This document shows positions 1 to 10,068 of a stretch of DNA of 64,000 nt, in pieces. The stretch comes from Candidatus Poribacteria bacterium (GTDB lineage: Bacteria; Poribacteria; WGA-4E; WGA-3G). Below the pieces are notes generated by a model, which had not been told where the DNA came from, did no database searches, and was given only the letters and a program-made list of their open reading frames with translations. The DNA lies in contig OZ219753.1 in the NCBI GenBank assembly GCA_964291315.2, positions 352,001-416,000 on the forward strand, given 5' to 3'. Within the stretch, counting starts at the first letter, position 1, and each line of letters opens with the position of its first letter. Position numbers and translations under genes: made by a program.

Positions 1-12
1 TCAGAAGAAGAT

Positions 13-1080
13 ATGGAAATAAATGATTTAGTAAAGTCAATTTCGCGATCGCCTCGTCTCGCCGGTTCATCTGTCGCGCTCCCCGTGTTGGCCCCAAATG
101 CGTCTACTGTTCCGTATCAGCCTGAAGTAGCCCCGTCCGAAAAAGAAAACTTTTTTCTTGCTGTTTTGCATCCAGGGAAGTATCTCTCCAAGCGTTGGGT
201 ATCTCGCACGCGTGTTTATCTTGTGTTGTGGGGCGTTCTCCTTGCTGCTACGGTCGGTTTCATACAATATCAGAGACATCGCAACGTAGAGGAGATACCG
301 TTATCTCATATTGGTCTTTCTCACACTGAAGTCCCAGATTTGGTAAGACGCTCCTTAGCAGAAGGTGACTTTTACATTCAAGAGGGCCACTATAGACAAG
401 CTATTAGTGCGTATCAGTTGAGTCGTGAGCTAGGAGCATTACCTATTCATTTCTATAGAAAACTCGGGTTTGCATATTTTAAGGAGGGGCAATATGCCCT
501 GGCCTCTGAGGCATATGAGATATTTCTGGAGGAACGAGAAAAAGTATCTGCTCCTGATGTATTTACTGCTGAGGCCTCGCTTAGTGGTATGTACTCGACG
601 ACGAATTCTGTCGAGGCGGCAATTGTACAGGATTATGAAACCTACAACATCCTCGGCACAGCCTATATGGAACTCGGACATCTACGTAACTCTCAGCGTG
701 CTTACGAACAAGCGATACATCTGGCACCGAAATATGGTGAGGCCTATAACAACCTCGCGCGTCTCTACGTCGACGGTTATCAGCAGAAACTCTGGCTTGC
801 TGAGACATTGGCCTATACTGCAGTCACGCTCAACCCCAATGTTGCTGCTTATCACGATACCCTCGGTTGGATTTTGTCAAAGCGTGGACGGGTGAATAAA
901 GCCATGAAGACTTTGGAACGTTCTATTAATCTTCAAAGCGATGCTGTTGCGTCCCACTACCATCTCGCTCAGGTTGCTCTAAAAGCCGATCAAAGACAGA
1001 AGGCAATAAAATCAATTCGGAACGTGTTCAAACTCAATCCTGCCTACGTACATTTAAATACAATAAACGGACAACAATAG
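13..1080 (+). CDS. Membrane-anchored tetratricopeptide repeat (TPR) protein
   Basis: One TM segment (VYLVLWGVLLAATVGFI) followed by several TPR-like repeats (YNILGTAYMELG, AYNNLA, YHDTLGWIL). Start is near the window edge and uncertain. Confidence 0.8.
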   Translation: MEINDLVKSISRSPRLAGSSVALPVLAPNASTVPYQPEVAPSEKENFFLAVLHPGKYLSKRWVSRTRVYLVLWGVLLAATVGFIQYQRHRNVEEIPLSHIGLSHTEVPDLVRRSLAEGDFYIQEGHYRQAISAYQLSRELGALPIHFYRKLGFAYFKEGQYALASEAYEIFLEEREKVSAPDVFTAEASLSGMYSTTNSVEAAIVQDYETYNILGTAYMELGHLRNSQRAYEQAIHLAPKYGEAYNNLARLYVDGYQQKLWLAETLAYTAVTLNPNVAAYHDTLGWILSKRGRVNKAMKTLERSINLQSDAVASHYHLAQVALKADQRQKAIKSIRNVFKLNPAYVHLNTINGQQ

Positions 1081-1085
1081 GGAAC

Positions 1086-4000
1086 CTACCGGATGACGGA
1101 AAGTTTGCCGATACGTCGATCTGTCTCTGATTCAAGGACATAGACATAAACCCCACTACTAATTCCAGAGAGATTCCAAACCTTTCTATCTCTCTCTGTT
1201 TCCGTTCTACCGAGCGACGCTATACAATTTCCAACGGCATCGTAAATATAAATATTGGTTCTTTTTGGCAGCTGAGCAAATGTGACTTGATCACATTCCA
1301 CTGGATTCGGATAGACGACGGTTTCCGCTAATGTCGGTGCAGGAAGTAGGATTGTTAGCATTCTGGCATCATCTGCAAGTTCCGCGCCGTATGTATCCGA
1401 GAGTTGCAGTGCCTCAATCCGATAACGGTTTCCTGTGCGGAAAACGGTTGGGGAAAATGTGAGCACCACTCGATGCTGGGACCGATCTAGAATTGCTGAG
1501 GTTGGCGCTGAACTGTCCGAATGGTTTTCAGTCCCTTCTTGCTTGTATAAACGGTAGCGTCCTGGGTGTGCCGCTGAAAGCCCCATCGGTTTGTCAAATT
1601 GTAGAAGAATCTGATTTGGTGGTGAATAGTCTGCCGCATGTAATCTTGGTCGCCGCGTCGGTATAACAGAGATTGCGGCGGACTCCTTTGAAAATCTGCC
1701 GTTTGGGTCCTTCGAGACAAGTGCATACCAATAAGTTTTCCCTATGGTGAGGCCTCTATCCGTAAACGCAGTTCCTCGAATCCCTTCGCTAATCCGTTGC
1801 AACGAGTCCCGACGTTCTCCACGATAGAGGACGTGTGTTACAGACTTCTCCGAGGTTTGCCATGAAAGCGATACGGAACTTTCGTCAATAGGTTTTGCCG
1901 TAACGCCCCATGGTGCGCTAAGGGAACTTCTCGACTGCGAATTTGAAAATGCAGGGGCTTCAAAAACCGTTAAGACGTTATCGCTATTGAACAACAGGGC
2001 GTTTACCCCATTTCCATTAATGTCAGCTACGATCGGATTGAAAGTGCTTGTGGCGGGATAGTGCCAGATAGGACGATAGCTTATTCCGTCGTATTGGATA
2101 AGATAGAAGTTTGGAGAAGTGGCGATGCACAATTCGTTGTGTCCGTCGTTGTTTGCATCTGCAATAATCATTCCATTTCCGCCATAGCGTGCGTCCCGAA
2201 TGCGTTGTGTCCAGACAACGTGATAAGTATCATTTGCTGCTGAAGCGAAAACAGTTAAAAGCCAATGATGGTAGCGAATGTCTAATGAGGTATTGCCGAT
2301 TGTCGTCCCGGTCCTAGCACAGATAGCGAATTCTGGTCGGCCATCGCCGTTCATATCACCGGCGGCAAAGAGTTCTGGTACGCCTTCAGGGAGCGTATGG
2401 GTCCAGGTTTGTCTGTATTGGTTGTTTCCTATTGCTTCGTACAAGAATATTTCGCCGTCTTTATCACCTGCTAAGATATCTATCTTTCCATCGCCGTCAA
2501 AATCGCCGGTAGCGAAATTTGCGCTAAGTCCATTATTTCCTGTGGTAGGATTTTCAAGTATAGCCACATTACGATGGTTGTTATTTCCATCTGACTCATA
2601 CACAAAGATAGAATTGGTGGCATCATCACGCGCGAAAATTTCATCAGTTCCATCTGCATCTGCATCTATGATGGTTCTGCTCCAATTGCCTTGCGCTTCC
2701 CAAATCCGTTCTGTAGGAAACCTACCTTGTGCAGGCTGCTCCAACAAAAATACTGTATCCAAAGTGTTACACAGTATCTCTATGCGTCCGTCCGCGTCGG
2801 TGTCCGATACTGCTAGGGGCCATAGAGATTCAGGGAATGAAAAGAGCGACTCGAATTTACCGTTATCCTGTATCTCAAAAATCTGTGCCGAATGGTTGTC
2901 CATTTCGACTGCGATGATCTCCAATTTTTGATTGTTGTCCATATCTACCGATGAGGCAATGGCGTGCAATCCCCGTTCTGCAAGTGCAACTTGTGAAAGA
3001 TGCGAAGGATGAATCCGGGCATTCTGCATTTCAATCTCATACAACGCCCCGTTGTTGTCATCGACCCGTAGAAGTCCTGATCGATTTTCTACTAATAACC
3101 GGTACATATAATGCCCTGGGGATACACCTAAATCGGACACATCTACAATGTGGAGGAGGTTCTCTGAATCCGATCGAGCAATCCTACTAACATTTCCAAC
3201 TGTGTCGAAAATCTCTATCTCACCTATAGATACCTCATCGGTTTGCCACAGAACGACGGAGTGAATTCTGTCTCCTGCGAGCCATGTTTGCGATTCATGT
3301 CTTAATATAATAGGTGCTGTATGATTAACATCAACGACGGTTCTGTCTCTCTTGATTTCACCATTTTCTGTTTTGACACTAAGTCTTATTGTATATTGAT
3401 TCTCCGTTAAGTCGGAAGTATTCCACTTATGCAAGCAGGTGTTAAACTTCGGTTTTACTTGTACAGGCCCGAGAGGGAGCCATAAATTGGGGACTTCGCC
3501 AATTCCATATTCCAACCAGTATTCAGTGAACCCAACTCCTCCGGCACTGCCGAAAATTTCAATGTTTCTAGTGTTGTTATGTACTGTATGTTGGGTTTTC
3601 TGAGACACATCGATATCGGCAATGATGCCTTTTGAAACACTCAAGGCAGCGGATGCGTCAAGTGATCCTGCTCCAACGAGAGCGTTTATAAACAGCGGTT
3701 CTGCAGTGGTGATAAGCGTTTCCAAAATCTCCGTGTTGCTGTATTGTGGGTTTGCAGCGAGCAGCAAGCTAGCGACTCCGGAGACATGTGCGGCTGCCAT
3801 GGATGTGCCGGACCTGTTTTGGTACCCGTTGTTAATATCTGTACTCGGAATTTCTTCGCCAGGTGCGGCGAGGTCAATTCTCGCGCCGAAATTAGAATCA
3901 GTGTACAACTGTTTTTCCTGTCCAAGTCCGGCGACGGAAATAACAGTTTTAAGGGCAGCGGGGTAATAGGATCCGGGGGCTCCAGAGTTTCCTGCGGCCC

Positions 4001-4949
4001 CGATCAGCACACAACCACGATCGTAAGCATATTCTAAGGCATCTTCTATGATGAAGGCGTTTACTTTGTCGCCCCAGCTCATGTTAATCACATCTGCCCC
4101 GTTATCGGCTGCATAAACAATAGCGGCAGCGAGGTCGTCGTTCTGGAGATATTCGCCCCCTCCGAATTTAAAACCTGCTCTCAACGTCATGAGGCGAGAG
4201 TTCCATGCGATACCAGCGATTCCGATGCCATTGTTCGTTTTGGCAGCAATGATACCGGAGACATGTGTGCCGTGTCCTGTTTCGTCCTCAGGTTTGTTGT
4301 CGCGTTCCGTGAAATCGCCACTGCCCGGTAGGGTTGGAGCATCACTAAAGTCCCAGCCGTTGATGTCATCAACATAACCGTTCCCGTCGTCATCGATGCC
4401 GTTTTCAGGGATTTCACTGCTATTTCGCCAAAGTTTTGATTGAAATTCAGGGTGTCGTGTTGCTATACCGCTATCGACGACTGCCACTGTCACTTCCGGG
4501 TTCCCGTGCTCGATATTCCATGCCTCTGGCATGTTTATTAAGGTCAGATTCCACTGTTCCGCGTATCTCGGATCATTTGGTAGGGTTGCTGCGCACGGTT
4601 GATTGAGGCGATTTAACTCCACCGCCTCAATTGTAGGATGCTTGGCGTACCGTCGCTGCAAAGGTTCTAGCTCCCACTTTGCTGGGAACCGGATGAGGTA
4701 AACGTTCTGTAGGCGCGGGTGTCGTCCGGCAGGCGTAACCGGTGAAAAGATCGGAGAAACAGATACCGCCCCGAGCTGTTCACTCAATATGGTAAGCTGT
4801 TTGGTAGATGCGTCTCTATGGAGACGCACCACCAATTCACCGGGCGTATAAGCAAGCTTGGAGATAGCGCCTGAATTGCTTTGGGCGAAAGCGATTTGTG
4901 CATTTACGAACAACACGAGGATATAGAGATGGATAAGAGTTTGTTTCAT
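1086..4949 (-). CDS. Secreted S8 (subtilisin-like) serine peptidase with FG-GAP/VCBS repeats, FN3/Ig domains and a T9SS-CTD-like tail
   Basis: Catalytic triad motifs VAVVDSG, GHGTHVSG, SGTSMAAAH; DxDxDG repeats; C-terminal YPNP...IYDAVG...SSGVYVY...KLSVIR. Start set to MKQTLIHLY (4949) because a signal peptide follows. Confidence 0.9.
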   Translation of the reverse strand: MKQTLIHLYILVLFVNAQIAFAQSNSGAISKLAYTPGELVVRLHRDASTKQLTILSEQLGAVSVSPIFSPVTPAGRHPRLQNVYLIRFPAKWELEPLQRRYAKHPTIEAVELNRLNQPCAATLPNDPRYAEQWNLTLINMPEAWNIEHGNPEVTVAVVDSGIATRHPEFQSKLWRNSSEIPENGIDDDGNGYVDDINGWDFSDAPTLPGSGDFTERDNKPEDETGHGTHVSGIIAAKTNNGIGIAGIAWNSRLMTLRAGFKFGGGEYLQNDDLAAAIVYAADNGADVINMSWGDKVNAFIIEDALEYAYDRGCVLIGAAGNSGAPGSYYPAALKTVISVAGLGQEKQLYTDSNFGARIDLAAPGEEIPSTDINNGYQNRSGTSMAAAHVSGVASLLLAANPQYSNTEILETLITTAEPLFINALVGAGSLDASAALSVSKGIIADIDVSQKTQHTVHNNTRNIEIFGSAGGVGFTEYWLEYGIGEVPNLWLPLGPVQVKPKFNTCLHKWNTSDLTENQYTIRLSVKTENGEIKRDRTVVDVNHTAPIILRHESQTWLAGDRIHSVVLWQTDEVSIGEIEIFDTVGNVSRIARSDSENLLHIVDVSDLGVSPGHYMYRLLVENRSGLLRVDDNNGALYEIEMQNARIHPSHLSQVALAERGLHAIASSVDMDNNQKLEIIAVEMDNHSAQIFEIQDNGKFESLFSFPESLWPLAVSDTDADGRIEILCNTLDTVFLLEQPAQGRFPTERIWEAQGNWSRTIIDADADGTDEIFARDDATNSIFVYESDGNNNHRNVAILENPTTGNNGLSANFATGDFDGDGKIDILAGDKDGEIFLYEAIGNNQYRQTWTHTLPEGVPELFAAGDMNGDGRPEFAICARTGTTIGNTSLDIRYHHWLLTVFASAANDTYHVVWTQRIRDARYGGNGMIIADANNDGHNELCIATSPNFYLIQYDGISYRPIWHYPATSTFNPIVADINGNGVNALLFNSDNVLTVFEAPAFSNSQSRSSLSAPWGVTAKPIDESSVSLSWQTSEKSVTHVLYRGERRDSLQRISEGIRGTAFTDRGLTIGKTYWYALVSKDPNGRFSKESAAISVIPTRRPRLHAADYSPPNQILLQFDKPMGLSAAHPGRYRLYKQEGTENHSDSSAPTSAILDRSQHRVVLTFSPTVFRTGNRYRIEALQLSDTYGAELADDARMLTILLPAPTLAETVVYPNPVECDQVTFAQLPKRTNIYIYDAVGNCIASLGRTETERDRKVWNLSGISSGVYVYVLESETDRRIGKLSVIR

Positions 4950-5532
4950 GAGTTTCGATATACTTTTGGTAGAACGGTAGCACACAGCATGGCGGTCATT
5001 TATTTTTTGTAGGACCGTTCGCAATCTAAATTTCTGAAAACTACCGTTGCCGATGACTTGTACATAATCTTGTGAATCCTGCAAATCTTGCTTCTGACAA
5101 AAACTGGGAAAATTGCTAGTGGCCGACCCCTGACTCCTGACAATCTAAAGCTGGAAGTGCATCGGCCTGACTAGGTCTACAAGGCTATTTAGCTTAAGAG
5201 ACGAGTTTGCTTATGTAAAGATTAACTATAAATGGATGCGTGAACTTATTCGAGGGAAATGTGTTTTTCCGAACGAGAAGGTCGTGCCAGAAATGAGCTT
5301 AGTCTATTCCTATGCTGAGTCTGGACATCCTTGCAGAAATTACTAGAAAACTAAGGTGCCCTAACACAGCGGATCCCTAAATTGTAATTTTCGACGTAAT
5401 GTGTTATATTATTAATTAGTGTGAAATTCAGATAGAAAAAACAATTTTTCTATTTACCTAGTATCAATATTATAATGGCGACGTTTTGGGATTACATCGT
5501 TTGCTGTCAAAAAAATTTAAGGAAGTACACAC

Positions 5533-7170
5533 ATGAAAGCATCGGAACTCACCGTTAAATGCCTCGAAAACGAAAATGTTGATTACATCTTCGGAATACC
5601 CGGCGAGGAAAATTTGGATTTGATGGATGCCCTATTGGAATCAAAGATTCAGTTCATTCAGACACGTGATGAACGCGGTGCTGCTTTCATGGCAGATGTC
5701 TATGGTCGTCTTACTGGACGTGCCGGTGTCTGTCTCGCTACTTTAGGGCCCGGTGCCATGAACCTTGTCACGGGCGTCGCTGATGCGAACATGGATAGAG
5801 CCCCGCTTGTCGCTATTACAGGGCAGGCAAGTCTCGACAGGATGCACAAAGAATCACACCAATACATGGATGTTGTGTCTGTCTTCAAGCCGATGACGAA
5901 ATGGAATACCCTCATCCATTTACCTGAAATCATACCTGAATCTATCAGTAAAGCTTTCAAGACAGCAACAGGTGAGAAACCTGGGGCAACACATATTGAT
6001 TTTCCAGAAGACGTGGCGAAAATGGAGATTAACGCCGAGCCTATCCCACATGATTTTCCGAGCGAGACGGAACCGATTATTTCTTGTTTGGAACGTGCTG
6101 CGCAATTGATTAACGAAGCCAAACAGCCTATTATCCTTGCCGGAAATGGGGTTGTTCGACAAGGCGCGTCCCGAATGCTCACCCAATTCGCGGAAATGAC
6201 GAATATCCCAGTTGCTCATACCTTTATGGGTAAAGGGAGCATTTCATGGACACACCGGCTCTCTTTGCTGAGCGTTGGTCTGCAAGCTAACGATTTCGTC
6301 TCTTGCGGGTTTGACCGTGCGGACCTTATTATTGCTATTGGTTACGATGTCGTTGAATATCCTCCACGTCTCTGGAACCCCAATCACGACAAGAAACTGG
6401 TTCATATTGACACGCAATCGAGCGAAAGCGATGCTGCTTATGTTACCGATGTCGAAATGGTAGGTAACATCCGGCAGAGCCTCAGACATTTGATGGCACA
6501 AGAAATTTACCCTAAGGATTCAGAGTATGCTTCAAATACGTTGCGGAAAATCATACTCAATCAACTTGATGAACACCGGGATGACACAGCGTTTCCGATG
6601 AAGCCGCAAAAAATTTTGAGTGATGTCCGTTCTGTGCTCGCTGAAGATGATATCCTCATTTCCGATGTGGGGGCTCACAAAATGTGGGTAGCGCGCATGT
6701 ACCCGTGTTATAAACCGAATACCTGCATCATCTCCAACGGGTTTGCCTCAATGGGCATCGCCGTGCCGGGTGCTATAGCTGCCAAACTCATCTATCCGGA
6801 ACGTAGATGTTTGGCAGTGTGTGGTGATGGCGGATTCTTGATGAATTCTCAGGAGCTCGAAACGGCTGTGCGGACCGGTGTGCCATTTGTCACGCTTATC
6901 TTTAATGATGAAGCCTATGGACTTATTGAATGGAAGCAGATGAATGGCTTTGGCAGACCAGCATATGTTGATTTCACTAACCCTGATTTTGTCAAGTACG
7001 CTGAAGCTTTCGGTGCCAAGGGCTACAGAGTTGAAAGTAGTGACGAGCTGGTTCCTATACTTAATGATGCTTTCAATCAGGAGCTTCCTTCCGTTATTGA
7101 TTGTCCTGTCGATTATACGGAAAACCTACGATTGACTAATGAACTTGGGCAGCTGACATGTCCGATCTAG
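5533..7170 (+). CDS. ThDP-dependent acetolactate synthase-like enzyme (resembles the cyanobacterial Sll1981/2-oxoglutarate decarboxylase subgroup)
   Basis: FGIPGEEN, ERGAAFMADVYGRLTG, GDGGF..N ThDP motif; SD AAGGA upstream; no small regulatory subunit adjacent. Confidence 0.85.
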   Translation: MKASELTVKCLENENVDYIFGIPGEENLDLMDALLESKIQFIQTRDERGAAFMADVYGRLTGRAGVCLATLGPGAMNLVTGVADANMDRAPLVAITGQASLDRMHKESHQYMDVVSVFKPMTKWNTLIHLPEIIPESISKAFKTATGEKPGATHIDFPEDVAKMEINAEPIPHDFPSETEPIISCLERAAQLINEAKQPIILAGNGVVRQGASRMLTQFAEMTNIPVAHTFMGKGSISWTHRLSLLSVGLQANDFVSCGFDRADLIIAIGYDVVEYPPRLWNPNHDKKLVHIDTQSSESDAAYVTDVEMVGNIRQSLRHLMAQEIYPKDSEYASNTLRKIILNQLDEHRDDTAFPMKPQKILSDVRSVLAEDDILISDVGAHKMWVARMYPCYKPNTCIISNGFASMGIAVPGAIAAKLIYPERRCLAVCGDGGFLMNSQELETAVRTGVPFVTLIFNDEAYGLIEWKQMNGFGRPAYVDFTNPDFVKYAEAFGAKGYRVESSDELVPILNDAFNQELPSVIDCPVDYTENLRLTNELGQLTCPI

Positions 7171-7287
7171 TGTTAAGAACGCGCATTGTCCGATTTAGTT
7201 CCACTCGTGCATGGAGAATGCAATTATTTTTGTCTCTTTACGTTCCGATATACTTCGTTTTTTTTGAGGAGGGCATGCTACGAAAAA

Positions 7288-8328
7288 ATGTCAGTTTCAA
7301 CGATTGAATGGGTGGATGGCAGGGTTCGAATGATTGACCAGACGCTGTTGCCCAATGAATTCAAGCAGATTTATTGTGATGACCTTCCGTCTATCTGGGA
7401 ATCCATTAAATCGCTGCGGGTGCGAGGTGCTCCCGCTATCGGCATTGCTGGGGCTTTAGGGGCGGTCCTGGGCATTTGGAATTCCACTGCAAGAACCTAT
7501 GAGACTTTTGCAGCGGAACTCAAATCCGCTACGGATTATCTGGCAACCTCGCGACCGACGGCTGTCAATCTTTTTTGGGCTCTGAATAGAATCACGCGAA
7601 CGGCGGAAGAAAATTGCCATCTCCAGCCCTCTGAACTCAAAGAGGTTTTGCTCGCGGAGGCGTTGAAGATTATCGCAGAGGATAGAGCAATGTGTCGGGC
7701 TATCGGACAGCACGGAATGGCATTGTTAAATGAGAATGATACCGTTCTGACGCACTGCAATGCTGGGGGTTTAGCGACATCTGACTATGGAACTGCGTTG
7801 GCGGTTATGTTCAGCGCACATGAAGCGGGTAAGCAGATACAAGTTTACGCGGACGAGACACGTCCGCTCTTACAAGGTGCGCGTCTCACGACGTGGGAGC
7901 TCATGCAAGCGGGGATTGATGTAACCCTTATTTGTGACAATATGGCTGCGCAAGTCATGAAAGAAGGCAAAATTCAGTGTGTTATTGTTGGTGCGGATCG
8001 AATCGCTGCGAACGGCGATACAGCGAACAAGATCGGCACTTATAATGTTGCTGTTCTGGCAGAGGCACACGGTCTCCCTTTCTATGTCGCCGCCCCGACT
8101 TCAACGTTGGATTTTTCCCTGAAATCCGGAACAGAAATTCCTATTGAGCAACGTTCCGCGGAAGAAGTAACAGAAGGCTTCGGGAAATTAACAGCACCAA
8201 AAGGCGTGAAAGTCTACAGTCCGGCGTTTGATGTTACGCCGGCTGCACTCGTCACGGCGATCGTTACCGAAAAGGGCATAGCCCGTCCGCCTTATACAAC
8301 GAGTCTGCAGGCTCTTCGTGATACATAA
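7288..8328 (+). CDS. mtnA: S-methyl-5-thioribose-1-phosphate isomerase
   Basis: VRGAPAIG, SRPTAVNL, LTHCNAGGLAT, ETRPLLQGARLT, GDTANKIGTY; start at MSVSTIEW after GAGGAGGG. Confidence 0.95.
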   Translation: MSVSTIEWVDGRVRMIDQTLLPNEFKQIYCDDLPSIWESIKSLRVRGAPAIGIAGALGAVLGIWNSTARTYETFAAELKSATDYLATSRPTAVNLFWALNRITRTAEENCHLQPSELKEVLLAEALKIIAEDRAMCRAIGQHGMALLNENDTVLTHCNAGGLATSDYGTALAVMFSAHEAGKQIQVYADETRPLLQGARLTTWELMQAGIDVTLICDNMAAQVMKEGKIQCVIVGADRIAANGDTANKIGTYNVAVLAEAHGLPFYVAAPTSTLDFSLKSGTEIPIEQRSAEEVTEGFGKLTAPKGVKVYSPAFDVTPAALVTAIVTEKGIARPPYTTSLQALRDT

Positions 8329-8333
8329 ACGTT

Positions 8334-9629
8334 TTATGAGGCTTTGGCAGCTGTGGCAATATTAGCCCGGGTGCCTTCGATATCAAAGCAGGCGTACTGA
8401 TTTGTATTCATAATACGGGTTGCAAATGCTATTGCTTTTTTTTCTGTGAGGTACCCCTCGGTGATTTCAGCTTCAAGAGCTCGGCGAATTTCATTTCGTG
8501 CTTGAATCGCATACGCCATTGCACTTGTAGGCCAGCCTGTGTCCCCGCCGAACGCAAACAATTTGTTCGAGGGCACGGCGTGGATACATCGCCGCAGGAA
8601 GTCACGGGAGCTGTATGGATCAATGCTCCAGGCCCAACAGAAGTCTACCCAAATGTTTCGATAATGTTTGGCGAGTGCCACTAGCTCATCGTTATAAGGA
8701 TAGGCGATATGCATCAGGACAAACTTCGCGTCAAGGTACTGCGCGAACAAGGTGCACATGTTTCCTGCGGGGATCCGTTGGACGGGCATTCGATCATTGC
8801 CTGCATAGTAACCTGTGTGGATTTTGAAGGGCAGATTGTGTACAATTGCGAGTTCAACCCCACGTGCCCAGCACCAATCCCCGAGGCAGAGTCGTGTTGC
8901 TTCATCGATTTCTGCAGATGGTTTTGTTAGTATAGTATTAAGCGCGGCGGCAGCCTCGGCATCAGTTCGTTCGATCCAGTTGAGCGTACGGTTATAAGCA
9001 TGCTGGGATTTTACGGCGATTGCGCAACCTGCATGCTTGGCAAAAATTGCTTCCATTGCACGTTTCAGGGAGGCAAGGTCGTTGACCACGATGCCTGTTT
9101 CTCGGTGAATTGCCCTTGGATCTACTTGTCCACTACAAAAGGTTGCCCATGAGAGATCATAGAGAAAAAAATCGGGCCCGGAGGTGTCTGGAGGGCACTG
9201 CCAGCTGAAATCATCTGTTTGAATGTGGTCAAGCTTCGCGATGTCGTGTAGGATGTGATAACGTTTGCCGGGCGTGTGAAGCGTCTTTAGGTTATCTGCC
9301 CGCGCGAGCGCATCGGTTGTTAGTTCATCTAGTCCATAGATATGTTTTGCGATCAGACCAACCGCTTCGCCATACCCGGTAAACTGCGTTGCTTTCCATG
9401 CTTCTTGAATACCTTCGAACCGTGATGCGATATCCTTGGAAGGGTCCATGAGGTTGCGCATTGCTTCTGGCGAGGCTCCAGCTGTTACCAAGTCAGCAGG
9501 CACGTAGTTCCCGAACAGGTCTTGCAGGATATCAGGACCATTCTCGACCCAATCGTTTTCGCGGCGCATGTGTTCGTGTGTATCAACGAGACGGATGGAT
9601 TGAATGTGGTAGGTCAGATCGGTTGCCAT
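8334..9629 (-). CDS. Amidohydrolase family protein
   Basis: DTHEH metal motif, IHTG, LMHIAYPY, FGGD; SD AGGAG. Confidence 0.85.
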   Translation of the reverse strand: MATDLTYHIQSIRLVDTHEHMRRENDWVENGPDILQDLFGNYVPADLVTAGASPEAMRNLMDPSKDIASRFEGIQEAWKATQFTGYGEAVGLIAKHIYGLDELTTDALARADNLKTLHTPGKRYHILHDIAKLDHIQTDDFSWQCPPDTSGPDFFLYDLSWATFCSGQVDPRAIHRETGIVVNDLASLKRAMEAIFAKHAGCAIAVKSQHAYNRTLNWIERTDAEAAAALNTILTKPSAEIDEATRLCLGDWCWARGVELAIVHNLPFKIHTGYYAGNDRMPVQRIPAGNMCTLFAQYLDAKFVLMHIAYPYNDELVALAKHYRNIWVDFCWAWSIDPYSSRDFLRRCIHAVPSNKLFAFGGDTGWPTSAMAYAIQARNEIRRALEAEITEGYLTEKKAIAFATRIMNTNQYACFDIEGTRANIATAAKAS

Positions 9630-10068
9630 GTAAGTCTCCTAAGAAATTGGCGGTGAAGATAAAGGTTTTATAGATATTGGTTTTGTATAAGATGTAGCGT
9701 AACTTCTGATGCTACATCTCGGAAACGTATTCATGCACAATAAAACGGATACTGTTAGTATCTATAGTCCTATCTTTGACAAATATATTGAATTATGTTT
9801 TATTATATTATATAATGTTATAGTAGTATAGTAGTAGCAAATTTAATTTGTGAGTTCACTTGTTTATTAAGACGTGTAAGCTTACAAAACTTGCAACAAC
9901 AAAACAACGCTGCTTTATCATAAAACAGCAGTTTCATTCTGTCAAGAAAAAAGGTAAATTCAGGGTGGTTCATGTGCAAGCCTCCTTAACAAAATTGAAA
10001 TGCTCGCGTAGGAACGTAAATGGGTATCATCAGTTTCCTAAAGAAGGACAAGACCGCAGGAGCATATA

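Noticed and set aside
2278-2931. 217-aa and other long antisense or alternate-frame ORFs (e.g. 25890-26492, 50719-51261, 54968-55522)
   Set aside because: They lie inside well-supported genes on the opposite strand and have no motifs; shadow ORFs.
4950-5084. N-terminal extension of the S8 protease ORF
   Set aside because: Non-ATG start; the signal peptide begins at Met46 (4949). Similar over-extensions were trimmed for mtnA, DUF971, recJ, ECF, gap, PhyH, DUF5916, TolB-like, MTS, YitJ, Ldh, iscS and the methylase.
9692-9840. AGATGTAGC/GCTACATCT inverted repeat and TAGTAGTA low-complexity tract
   Set aside because: Short; consistent with a decayed REP-like hairpin and AT-rich promoter DNA, with no specific function supportable.
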